A DNA stretch of 64,000 nt from the human T2T-CHM13v2.0 reference genome, Homo sapiens, in the NCBI RefSeq assembly GCF_009914755.1, contig NC_060931.1, one strand, 5' to 3'. Under the pieces are notes generated by a model that saw nothing but the letters and a program-made list of their open reading frames with translations, had not been told where the DNA came from and made no database searches. Both the position numbers and the translations under genes were made by a program. Each line of letters begins with the position of its first letter. The first letter of the stretch is position 1. Positions 52,274 through 64,000 of the stretch are shown here, in pieces.

Positions 52274-55200
52274 TTAAGGTCAAGTGTGGAAAAGAAAACT
52301 AGGAGTCTTTCAATGAACTTTAGAGGCTAGACTAAAGGCAACTTGCCCTTTAGCTAGATGGTTTTGGCCCGCCTGATATCTTAGCTTCTGGGCAGAGGAA
52401 GTCTCTGATCCTGCTCTGCACGTTGCAGAGATGGCCACCAGGAATCTGGTCATGTCACGCCGGCCAAGTCTCGAGGCCCTGCAAGCAAGCATTGGCCAGG
52501 AAGCGAACGTGAATCGACCCCATTCCCGTTAATGTGTAATCTAGATTGGGGGATTAGACCAACACACATATGAAATTGCAAATAACACTAAAGGTCACAT
52601 GAGACCAGAGGCAAAGCCGGGCAGGAGGTGTCTGAGAAGCTCAGACCTGCAGAGTGAACTCGAGTTGGGTCCTAGAAGGGCATGCCCAAATGGAGATCTT
52701 TATCTGCCTCTTCTGCTTGACAAGGACAGTCCCTAACAACTTCATGGCCCCCCACCCAAATGCTGGGTTATCTTCCACTCTTGACACAAAGTTCTCCACT
52801 TCAGGACTCAGTGACCTTCCTGAGGGTTCTTCACCTGCTGATCCTCCATTCATCCGATGGTGTCTCAGGATGCTTCGTCTTTCCTCTTCTCCCTCAAAAA
52901 CACCTCTATTTTGTTCTGTTGTATAGCCTTCTGTCTGCTATGTGATAATGGGATAAAAATAATCCATATGCAATAGTTAAAGTTACTTCTTCCAGGGGGT
53001 GTAACGCCTCAACCCAGCGAGAATGCTCTGAAGCAGGTGCCTCCAGCCATTGGGAAGTGGGGAAATGACTGCTTTGGAACCCTTCAAGCCCTCGCATGTG
53101 GGTGTGAGCCCCCCCACCCAGGAATGCCATGCCTTCCCGAGACTTCAAGATCTCTGTCCTGAAGGCTATTCTGAGCCCATGCTCTCTCCTCACATCCAGA
53201 CTTGGCTGTGTCTGCCAGGGCAGTGGTATAGGAACCCCCTTTAATCACACTTCGGAAAGTACATACCTATCTGAATATTTTACATTTGATCCCCAAAATT
53301 TCAAAGGAAGAATTTTTTTCATTGACAGTTGGGGGAAATGAGGCTGTGAGGAGGAGTGACTTGCCCAAGGTCAACGGTAACAGAACAGAGCTTAGGACTC
53401 GGGCGCCCCGACACTCAGCACAGCGTTTTTCTTGCTCCGTGCTGTGTTCCAAAGGTATGGCTCAAGTGTGTTTGATTTTTCCAGATATCTAGGTATGAAG
53501 CTCTGAAACACAGACAGGAGAGGGTCGAGCTCTGGTGAATGGGCCAAGTGTGGTAGTTATTCCAGTGTCATTTACTGGAAGAGCCAGAAGTCCACTTCTT
53601 GGGGTAGTAATGAGTGACAGCCAATGTTTGGTGCTTTATTAAAATTTAGTAAACCCATTCTCCATATATTTGTTTAATTACTTCCACTTTACAAATGAAA
53701 TTGTGGTTTAAAGGCACCAAGTCACGTGTTCAGATTGAGTCTACTGGTCTTATGCGGCCAGCTTTTCTGACCCGTTTCTGATTCTGACATGCAATGCTCC
53801 CTGTCTGGCTTGGATGACAAAGGAAAAAAGGAATTCAAATGATAACAGCACGTCCATGTAATATGTAATTACTACATCTTTTAGAAATTTAAAATCATAT
53901 ATAGGAAAAGCCATTATACATGTTTGTCAGGTGAGTCTGGTATTAATACCACAGTGCATCTCCATACTTAAGCATAGTTGGTTGCTTTGAAAATGTGGCA
54001 AATACACCAAGAATTACTTTCTGGGTCAGTGAGGGTGGCCTCCTCACCTGAGAAGGATCGATGCATTTAGAGGCAGTGCATAAGAAAACCTGGGCAGTGT
54101 ATACAGAGGCCCTTGTCTTGGTGTAGATATTTAGACATTTCAGGGACTTTTGTTTTGTTTCGTTTTCCCACTCATTCAGCAAACTTGATTGAGCGTTTCA
54201 TCCGGGCAGACGCTGAGCTAAAGGACACAAGATGAGCAGCAGCCTCTTGCTCTCCCAGACTGCGTGTCATTTGGAGAACATATTAGACTACTCCCACGCT
54301 GCCACAGAGCCCTGCACAGTGTTGGGGAGGCCACTTCTCAGGGGACTCACTGAGGAGGGAAAGGAATGAAGCGCAAATCCAAATAGCCTCAGGCATCCCA
54401 GTTGAGTGTTCACGGATCCCTCTGATTGAGGGATTGCCCCCTCCCTCAGCCCACGCGTTCTCCGTTGAGGGTTCCTGCCATAGTGAGCTGTGCCTGTTGA
54501 GTGTGACCAGCCAGATAAAAAGGCTGGGAATCATTAGCGTAGATGGAAAAATGAAAGATGAGCTAATTTAAATGGAAGAAGTCCTACTTAAGCTTCATTC
54601 ACGTATTGGAAATTGGTACTGCCATTTATCCTCAAATAATACCCTGGGCATTATCTGCTCACAATAACTTTGGGAAAGTGTTGACTCAATGCCCTTAGGT
54701 GAAATAAGCTTCTAGCCACTGCCTGAGAGCTTATCGTCAATGAATTCTGCTTGGTGTATACTGACAGTCTGCACGAAGCAGACCAAATAAGTCTATTAAT
54801 ATTCAGCCAAATACCAATAAAGTCAATGTGATTTATTTATCATATTGATCTACCCTTCCAAAGCCAAGACAAGATTAAATGAGCATTGGCTTGTGTTGTC
54901 TTGAAAATGCAGGACAGATAAAAATCAAAGTGTTATCTTCCATGCACTCGGAAGATTAATTGGCCACTCTATTCTTTTGGTGCTCAATGTAATGTGCTAA
55001 CCAGTTCTTTGGGGGAAATCATAGCCTTTGTATAGCACAGCAGCATTTCTCAGAAGGTGTTTCTGCATTCACAAAATGTCTAATTAACAATTCTGCTTGA
55101 GTTTTTTCCTTCATCTAAAAATAATGTCAACAAATCGCTACCATTTCCCAAATATCTGCTTATGTCTTATTTTACCAGCCAATTCATGTATTACTGGGAG

Positions 55201-55872
55201 TTTACGATATGCATACCTCAAAAATAAATGCCTCTCCTGCAAACTGGAGAAGAGACTCACACACAATAGCACGAGGCCAGAGGTTTGTATAGAGCTGAGT
55301 TGTGTAAAAGTCTCATGAAAACTCACCAATCCATATTTCTGGGCTGAAAACTTTAGAGTTTCTTTAACCTTTCCATCCACCATATATTTTTACGGACTTT
55401 GAAAAATTGCTGTCTTAATGGTCAAGTGTGGGGCTGTAAGGAGATGATAGCCTCAGAGAAGTGGCAGCAGGAGATGACTCCAGAGTTCGCTGTCCAGCAC
55501 TGTCTCACCGCAGTGAAGAAAACTGCATGCAGAGAAGCAAGCGAATGACTGAGTGACAGGGCTGCAAGCTCAGTGTGCTGAGCACCAGGGCAGGGCTGCT
55601 GAAGCATCCCAGCTCATGTGACCTGAACACCTACTTCATCCAGGTGCTGTCTAGGTACAGTGGGCATCAGAGACAAAAACACACCGACCCACCTGCCTGC
55701 CTCCCTCCCCCTCTATGGAGCTCTGTATATTAGATCGTAGCCCAGGAATGAATTAAAGGTAAAATAGCTCTTTTCTGTTCATTTTCTTATTTATTCAGGG
55801 AAACTGTGAAGCAGGTGAAGTTTGGCATTAGGCCCTTGCACTTTCATTTTTGTGTTTCTTTCACATTTGCTG

Positions 55873-55952
55873 GAAAACCATGTCTCCTATTGCTGGTGCC
55901 CACGGCCCCCCAGAAAACCATGTCTCCTGTCCCTGGTGCCCACGGTCCCCCA
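55873..55952. repeat. 40-bp tandem duplication
   Basis: gaaaaccatgtctcct....ctggtgcccacgg.ccccca occurs twice. Confidence 0.9.
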
Positions 55953-56873
55953 GGCTGCCCTTTGGTGTGTGGGCTTCACATTGTGCAGCCTCCCCTCCAC
56001 ACACACACTCGCATACATACACACACTCACACCCTTGCACACACTCACACCAACACACGCACACCTGCCCTCTCTTGCTCTGTTCCAAACTCAGTCATTA
56101 ATTTCTTCTCTCTTAAAGTGACAACTTGGAGATGAAGGAAAACCCATCCATCTTAAGTCTTCATGTCACTTAGGGCTATTCCTACGTTTTAGAGAATATG
56201 CTTTAGCTTATGTCACTTATAAATCCAAATTTGAGAGGCAACTGGTGGCCTGGTACCCTGGTGGCCTAAGAAGTCCCCGGGTACCTGGGGAGACTGAGAG
56301 GACTCAGAGGTGGGTGGGAAGGTGGCTACATCCTTGGGATTTGGCCTTCAAGGCTTTTCACTGATTTGGGTAACAAGGTGTTGGCCTCACTGCAAAGCAT
56401 AGTAGGGCAGAAAGATACGGGGCCAAGTTAGGATGTGGACTCATTCCACCACCAAGGTAGGTAAAGTTATTTTAGGCTGTGAAAGACAGACACTTCCGTG
56501 TGATTTATTTAGCAGCAGAAAGATTCCTCTCTATGAATTTTAAAGCTCCTACTCTGCCTGCTACCAGCCTGGGATTGGAGGGGAGGGCAATATACAACTG
56601 GATTCCAAATTCATTGTGCTGTAGAATACTGATTCTTTGGTATTTTCTAAGAGTTGCTTCTTTGCCTCCCCAGTACATGATCACTTTTAAAACTGTTCTA
56701 TGCATGCCAGGAAATAACTTTTAGGTGCGGCATTCCACACTTGTCCTTTACAACAACCTTCAAATATTCCTGTTCAAATCCTCTGCATCCTTAACAACTT
56801 AAATTGACTCATTATTGAAATAGATATAAAATCAGTATCACTTTAGATTTATCACATTTCCCTTCCAATTTTT

Positions 56874-57672
56874 TTTGGCAATTTCTTTTTATTATTATTA
56901 TTATTATACTTTAAGTTTTAGGGTACATGTGCAAAACGTGCAGGTTTGTTACATATGTGTACATGTGCCATGTTTGTGTGCTGCACCCATTAACTCATCA
57001 TTTAACATTAGGTTTATCGCCTAATGCTATCCCTTCCCCCTCCCTCCACCCCACAACAGTCCCCGGTGTGTGATGTTCCCCTTCCTGTGTCCATGTGTTC
57101 TCATTGTTCAATTCCCACCTATGAGTGAGAACATGCGGTGTTTGGTTTTTTGTCCTTGTGATAGTTTGCTGAGAATGATGGTTTCCAGCTTCATCCATGT
57201 CCCTACAAAGGAAATGAACTCATCGTTTTTTATGGCTGCATAGTATTCCATGGTGTATATGTGCCACATTTTCTTAATCCAGTCTATCATTGTTGGACAT
57301 TTGGGTTGGTTCCAAGTCTTTGCTATTGTGAATAGTGCTGCAATAAACATACGTGTGCATGTGTCTTTATAGCAGCATGATTTATAATCCTTTGAGTATA
57401 TACCCAGTAATGGGATGGCTGGGTCAAATGGTATTTCTAGTTCTAGATCCCTGAGGAATCACCACACCGACTTCCACAATGGTTGAACTAGTTGACAGTT
57501 CCACCAACAGTGTAAAAGTGTTCCTATTTCTCCACATCCTCTCCAGCACCTGTTGTTTCCTGACTTTTTAATGATCGCCATTCTACCTGGTGTGAGATGG
57601 TATCTCATTGTGGTTTTGATCTACATTCCTCTGATGGCCAGTGATGATGAGAATTTTTTCATGTGTTTTTTT
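56874..57672 (-). mobile_element. L1-D: 5'-truncated L1PA3/4-like 3' fragment
   Basis: ORF2 C-terminus and 3'UTR; TSD cttccaattttt at 56862-56873 and 57673-57684 at a TTTT/AA site. Confidence 0.93.
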
Positions 57673-58307
57673 CTTCCAATTTTTAATAGATTCAATTTGA
57701 AGCCATATTAGCTTATACCAGTTCCAAACTGTTGTAGCTGACTGGCAACTTGTCTGTTCTATAGTTTCGTCGTGTACACACACTACGCCAGGCATACTTC
57801 GCTGATACTAATGGTGCAGCAGCAACTCTCCCCGTTAGTCTCTGTCTGCTACAGATTTTCTTCTTCTATTATTTCCAACCTCAGAATTTAGAAATGACTC
57901 TTCATATTATCACCTAGCTAAATGTTAGTTGTTTCATACCAAGTAAAAATATATCTGATATCTGGGAAGCTTAATCCAATGACGTTGCTTGTGTGTACTT
58001 ATTTATACAATTACATTTCTTGTGCATATTGATTTATTTATATCTACAACCTAATTTTGCGCCTGTTTGCTATATTTTGCTTGTTTGTTTTGCTTTCCTC
58101 CTCTTCTTTACTATTTTCTTGAAAACCCGTGAAGCAATAATCTGTGATTTATCTCTACTGGTTTGGAAGTTATAAATTGTATTTCTATTCATTTTAGTGG
58201 TTAAGCTTAATTTGTAGTTAAGAGAAATTTGAAACAATCTCAAACTTACTGAAAAGTTGCAATTAGAGTACAAAGAACATTGATGCAACCTCTCTGTCTG
58301 ATACTTT

Positions 58308-58609
58308 TTTTTTTTTTTGAGAAGGAGTCTCCCTCTGTCTCCTAGGCTGGAGGGCTGCAGTGCAGTGGCGCGATCTCGGCTCACTGCAAGCTCCACCTCC
58401 CGGGTTCACGCTAATCTCCTGCCTCAGCCTCCCAAGTAACTGGGACTACAGGTGCCCGCCACCATGCCCGGCTAATTTTTTATGTATTTTTAGTAGAGAT
58501 GGGGTTTCACCATGTGAGCCAGGATGGTCTCTATCTCCTGACCTCGTGATCCGCCCGCCTCGGCCTCCCAAAGTGCTGGGATTACAGGCATGACCCACCA
58601 CGCCCGACT
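58308..58609 (-). mobile_element. AluY with an 8-bp internal duplication (ggctggag ggctgcag)
   Basis: gcaagctccacctcccgggttcacg diagnostics; TSD tgtctgatacttt at 58295-58307 and 58612-58624. Confidence 0.9.
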
Positions 58610-59408
58610 CTTGTCTGATACTTTCATGTGTATTTCCTACAAACAAGAACGTGCTCCTACCTAACCGCAATGCAACCATCAAATCCTGGAAGCACCGTTC
58701 CTCCTGCATTAGCACCATCTCATGCGAAGGCCTCATTCTCATCTCAACAAATGTTCCAATAATTTCCTTTAGAGAGAAGGGTCCAACTTAGAATCACACA
58801 TTCTTTATGTTGCCATATTTCTTTAACCTTTTTACATCTGGAAAAATTCTACATTCTGTCCTTGACTTTTATGTCCTTTGACACTTTTGAAGATCATAGG
58901 CCAGTTATTTCCCGAAATGTCCTTCGGTGTGGGTTTGCACGGCGTTTTCCTAATTCCTGTCAGGATTCACACTCTGGATCTAACCCTATCACGGCGATGC
59001 CTTGTGTTCACTTCATTGCACCCTCTCAGGAGAGGCACAGTTTTGTTTTGTCTCTTATGAATGCTGTTCAGCTTGATCACGTGATGAAGGCTGATGTGCC
59101 AGATTCTCCACTGTAAAGTTGCTTGTATTCTCTTTATAATTAAGGAGCACTTTGTGACGAGGGACTTTGAAACTATGAAAATATCTTGTTTTTCTACAAA
59201 TTTTCAATGTATTATGTTCATTTAGGCCCATGGTTTCCTGTTTTATTTGATAAGTCATAAACTCGCACTACCATTATTTATTTTCATGTTCAAATTGTTC
59301 CAAATTTTGTCAGTGGGAGCCTCTTTAAGCAGGCTCCTGTCTTGTGACATGTCCCATCATGTGTTTGCTCACTTCCTTGTGTTTTGGGAGATGGCAAAAG
59401 ATGTTATC

Positions 59409-59828
59409 TATGATGGTTAATACTAAGTGCCAACTTGATTGGATTGAAGGATTCAAAGTATTAATCCTGAGTGTGTCTGTGTAGGTGTTGCCAAAAGAGA
59501 TTCACATTTGAGTCAGTGGGCTGGGGAAGGGAGATCCACCCTTAATCTGGTGGGCACAATCTAATCAGCTTCCAGAGAATATAAAGCAGGCAGAAAAATG
59601 TGAGAAGGAGAGATGGGCCTAGACTCCCAGCCTACATCTTTATCCCAAGCTGGATGCTTCCTGCCCTCGAACATTGGACTCCAAGTTCTTCAGTTTTGGG
59701 ATTTGGACTGACTCTCCTTGCTCTTCAGCTTGCAGGCAGCCTATTGTGGGACCTTGTGGTAGTGTAAGTTAATACTTAATAAACTTATATATATATATAT
59801 CCCATCTCTCCTTTTCACATTTTCTGCC

Positions 59829-59890
<62 letters not shown>

Positions 59891-59978
59891 GGAGATATAC
59901 ATACATATATAGGATATATATGATATATACATATATATCCTATAGTTCTGTCCCTCTAAAAGAACCCTGACTAATACA
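59409..59978 (+). mobile_element. MLT2A (HERV-L) solo LTR with an internal (TA)n expansion
   Basis: tgatggttaatact...cttgattggattgaagg...gaaccctgactaataca; 5-bp flanks ttatc/tcatc. Confidence 0.88.
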
Positions 59979-60528
59979 TCATCTTAAACTTTTCTGCTGA
60001 AACCTGGACTCTGTCACATGTGCAAGGAATCCCGACTTCTTCTGGTGGAGAATATTTAGAAGCCAAGGCCTGGGCACTAGGTGTACTGCTTGGTACTGGG
60101 TCATCACACATGCATGTGCAAACACACACACAAAATACACATTTATGTCTGTATTTTTATCTGTATTGATCTATAGACACATTGAAAACCATGAGTTCAC
60201 GCTGATTCCTCCAACTCTAAGCCAATATTTTCAGAGAGTTTGTTTTAGTATCTTTCCCTTCGCAGATTTCTCTCTTCCTCAGTGGTGGGAAACCTGACTC
60301 CACTGGGTCTACACAATACCGCATGGAGCCTGCTGCACCCACCACATGCCATGTCCCCATGGCGCCCAGGCCACATGCCCTGCAGGGCTCCCTTCCTTCA
60401 TGGTCCCCTCTGTCTGCACCCACCCCATCCTTACATGGGGTGCTGTGACCTCCTCGGCCTGAGCAGACACAGCTCACAGTCCAGCTGCCACCTTCCACTT
60501 CTCTGTGTTTTAGGTCCTTGAGATTCAG

Positions 60529-60755
60529 AATATATATATATCTATATCTAGATATATATATATCTAGATATATCTATATCTAGATATATATATAGATATA
60601 TATATATATCTAGATATATATATATCTATATCTAGATATATATATCTATATATATATCTATATCTAGATATATATATATCTAGATATAGATATATATATA
60701 GATATATATATCTATATCTAGATATATATATATCTAGATATAGATATATATATAT
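60529..60755. repeat. Self-complementary (TA)n/TCTAGA low-complexity array in an Alu tail
   Basis: Repeated tatatctagatata units. Confidence 0.93.
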
Positions 60756-61043
60756 TTTTTTAAAGACAGGGTCTCCCTCTGTCCCCCAGGCTGGAGTACA
60801 GTGGTGCAATCTTGGCTCACTGCAACCTTGACCTCCTGGACTGAAGTGATTCTGTTGCCTCAGCCTCCCGAGCAGCTGGGATTACAGGTGCCCGCCACCA
60901 AGCCTGGCTAAGTTTTGTATTTTTAGTACAGAGGGGGTTTCACCATGTTGGCCAGGCTGGTCTTGAACTCGTGGCCTCAAGCAATCTGCCTGCCTCAGAC
61001 TCCCAAAGTGCTAGGATTATAGGCATGAGCCACTGAGCCCAGC
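60756..61043 (-). mobile_element. AluJ-like
   Basis: gacagggtctc, gaactcgtggcctcaagcaatc; TSD tgagattcag at 60519-60528 and 61044-61053. Confidence 0.85.
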
Positions 61044-62284
61044 TGAGATTCAGCTTTATTTTTTTTAAATGTACTTTCACCTGCATATTTCTGGCCTATT
61101 TGTTATCATTTTATCCAGTATTTCTAAATGTTTGTAGAAGGAGGCTTTTCATATTATTTACCCATAATATTTTTGAAAACAAGATTCCATTTGGATCATT
61201 CTAAAATGTGCCCATATTATAAGTCTTCCCATAAGGACTTCCTTCAGGTCTACGTCATAAATGCCTAAAAGCCTTCCTTAAAGTTACCTTCTTCATCCAG
61301 GGCAAGCTTGACCTGTGACCATAGACTGAGAGGAGGGGGTCTGGGACTCGGTGAATTAGGCTGAGTTTTTTTTTTTAAATGACAGTATAGCTTAACATAA
61401 TTTTGAGATTTAAAAATAAGACAAAAATAAAACATACATGTAAGAGAATATAATTTTTGAAGAATATTTTAGAACTTTTAAACTTGCAGAATTTTAGGAC
61501 ATAGAGACTTCCAAAGCAACCTGATGATACAGATCATCAGCCACCGAGCTGGGATGAAATCCTGGATGTCCCAGTTCCCATCCAGGGCCAGCCCCTTGGA
61601 GCAAACACCTTGGCAGCTCTATGTCTGCCGCCATGGCACGTTGCCCTCACCTGGAACCCTCAAGATCCTTCTTTTGAAGCCAATGGTCACATGTCCCCTT
61701 TTCTGTGAATATCCCTCTGGACAACCACCTTGCTTTGTTGCTCTTATGACTGCTACTCTAGTTATTTACCTGCCTCTGTGGTATCCATGCCAAGTGCAGG
61801 TACGGTGACAATGTCAGTGAGGCAGCCTGGGGCTTGTGTGTGTGTTGGGGAGCTGGCTCAGGGAGCTCTGGGGGTGGCCCACACAGAGACACACGGGGAG
61901 TCTCAGCTATCCTGGCCTCAGCCATCCTGGCACATCACAGCAAGGCATAGGCTGCATTTAGCCTGATCCTGGGATAACAGGTCAAGGTAGGAGGCAAAAC
62001 GTATACTTCGCAAAGCAAACCAGGCAGATGTGAGCCAAGGGACAGTGCTGAGATCCTAGAACAGCATGATTGGGCTTGACCGTGCAACCCTGACTATGGA
62101 CACAAACATGAAATGTGTCTCCCTTACCATCGTTGCTAACACTGCACTGGGGGAACACCCTCTCCTCCCACACAGTGGCTCCCTTGAACACCTAACTCGC
62201 TTCACAACATTTTCAGTCACCTTCATCATTAAAACAGCTGTGTGCCGTTTCTTGGGACATAGTCTTGCTTATTTGTAAATGGTT

Positions 62285-62428
62285 TTTTCAATTAATTGCA
62301 TTTTATTGGTACATAATAATTGTACGTATTTGCGAGGTTCATGCGATATTTTGATACATACACACAATGTGTAATGAGCAAATCAGGGTAACTGGGGCAT
62401 CCATCGCTGCAAACATTTATCATTTCTA
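62285..62428 (-). mobile_element. L1MA 3' end fragment
   Basis: atattttgatacat...aatgtgtaatgagcaaatcagggtaa...aacatttatcatttct. Confidence 0.75.
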
Positions 62429-62717
62429 CAGGAATCTGTCTATCTACAGGGTAGATTCCTGTAGAAATGACATGCTGTGTGGGATTGTCTGCCCAACCAA
62501 GGCTGAAATCAGTGGGAGGCCGAGAGGATTAAAGTTAGGACCCTGGAGGCCTGGAGCACACCTAGCCTCTTCTCTCTATGCCTCCCAATTCTCTGGGCTC
62601 ACTGCCCTGGGGCTGGGGCAAGGAGAGGGAAAGGGAAATGGTGTTTGCTTAGCATTTCTGCCAGTAGTGAGTTTCTGCTTCCATGTTGTTTGTGATCCTA
62701 GCCAGAGTGGGTGTATG

Positions 62718-63080
62718 TGTGATGGTTACATTTATGTGTCCACTTGGCTGGGCCGTGGTGCCCAGGTATGTGGGCGAGCATCATTCTGGATATTTCTGTG
62801 AGGGTGTTTTTGAGTCCATAAACTTTAAGTAAAGCAGATGGCTCTCCCCAATGCAGGTGGGCCTCATCTAATCAGTTGAAGGTCTGAGTAGAACAAAAGA
62901 CTGACCTCCCTAGAGTAAGAGGGAATTCTGCAGCAAGTGAATGAACTGCAGCATCAGCTCTTCACTGAGTCTCCAGTCTGCTGGCCCACCCTGCAGAATT
63001 TGGACTTGCCAGCTCCCGTAATCACATGAGCCACTTCCTTAATTTAAACCTCCTATATGTATACACATCATGTTGGGTCT
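62718..63080 (+). mobile_element. MLT2 (B/C/D-type) ERVL LTR
   Basis: tgtgatggtta...gggcctcatctaatcagttgaaggtctgagtagaacaaaagactg. Confidence 0.8.
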
Positions 63081-63805
63081 TTAGGGTGTGTGCCCTCCTG
63101 AATCCTGAGAGGATTTAGTTCCAAAGACACATCTAGGTATTGCTGTCCCCAAGGAGACTCATGCTCATTGTCCTATGGGGCCACTGCTAGGACACAAGGA
63201 GCCCCAGTTCTGAGCCTGTGTGTGGGCAGAATGACCTCCTGGACCCCATGACACTGGAGGCTGAGGGTCCTCTGCCCTCTCTCCATGGCTGCAGCTTCAT
63301 GTTTCCTCTCCCCAGTGTCCACATCACCAGCAGTGGCTCCTCCCCGTAGCTCAGCGAGCTGGGACTGAGCAGATACCCCAGAGACATGCAGTTACCACCA
63401 GGTCCATGGTCTTCTCTTCCCTCAGCTCCAGGGAGAAGAATTATTTAAACACCACTCCCCTTCACAAGGAGTTTGGGGCCAGTCTTTCTCTGTGAGCCCC
63501 AAATCCCCGCAAAGAGAATTCCTCACACACCCAGTCCCGTCTTACATCTCTGATTGTCTGACCTTACTCATTTATGGAGACACAGAAAGTCTCACTCTAA
63601 GGAAGGAAACTTCTTAGAACTCAGTTCTGGAAAATTTAGTTTAAAAAGTTTCAGAAACAAAAGATCTAAACCGGAATCATGCATCTTTCTGTGCACTGGA
63701 ATGCAGGATTCAGGCCCAACTAAGTCCCATAAACTTGCAGTTTCTATAAACTGTGCTTGTTTTCACTTTTAAAATATCCGTAATATATATGTAGCACCAT
63801 CTCCC

Positions 63806-64000
63806 TGTAGTAGTCCCATCTCACGTTGCTATAAAGAAATATCTGAGACTAGATAATTTATAAAGAGGTTTAATTGGCTTGGGGTTCTGCAGGCTGTACA
63901 GGAAGCATGGTGCCGGCATCTGCTCAGCTTCTTGGGAGGCCTCAGGAAGCTTCCAATCATGGCAGAAGGCAAAGGGGGAGCAGATATGTCACATGGCTGG
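63806..64000 (-). mobile_element. MST MaLR LTR (continues past the window end)
   Basis: gttgctataaagaaatatctgagact...ctgcaggctgtacaggaagcatgg. Confidence 0.85.

Larger units (their letters stand above)
58210..60300 (-). mobile_element. L1MC-type 3' region hosting an AluY and an MLT2A
   Basis: tcaaacttactgaaaagttgcaa...gtgtatttcctacaaacaagaac... Confidence 0.65.

Overview
Human-type, repeat-dominated, apparently intergenic/intronic DNA; an AluYb8 and an SVA point to Homo sapiens. I found no supportable host protein-coding exon, and nearly all long ORFs are L1, Alu, SVA or low-complexity frames. The window holds five primate L1 copies: L1-A (5'-inverted, 551-3360), L1-B (35835-39610, inside a MADE1), L1-C (full length, 41611-49943, interrupted by an SVA), L1-D (3' fragment, 56874-57672) and an older fragment at 50607-51082. 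It also holds an ancient two-LTR class I ERV with a decayed env motif (3675-12376), many Alus, MaLR/ERVL LTRs, old L1M pieces, microsatellites and de novo palindromes. The most unusual signal is that L1-A, B, C and D are independent insertions, yet share many non-consensus substitutions. The tail-to-tail pair B/C even shares a catalytic RT mutation (FADD->FAND) and an identical premature stop. This points to a local ectopic gene-conversion network across about 55 kb. Subfamily names and 'consensus' states are from memory and need RepeatMasker/Dfam confirmation.
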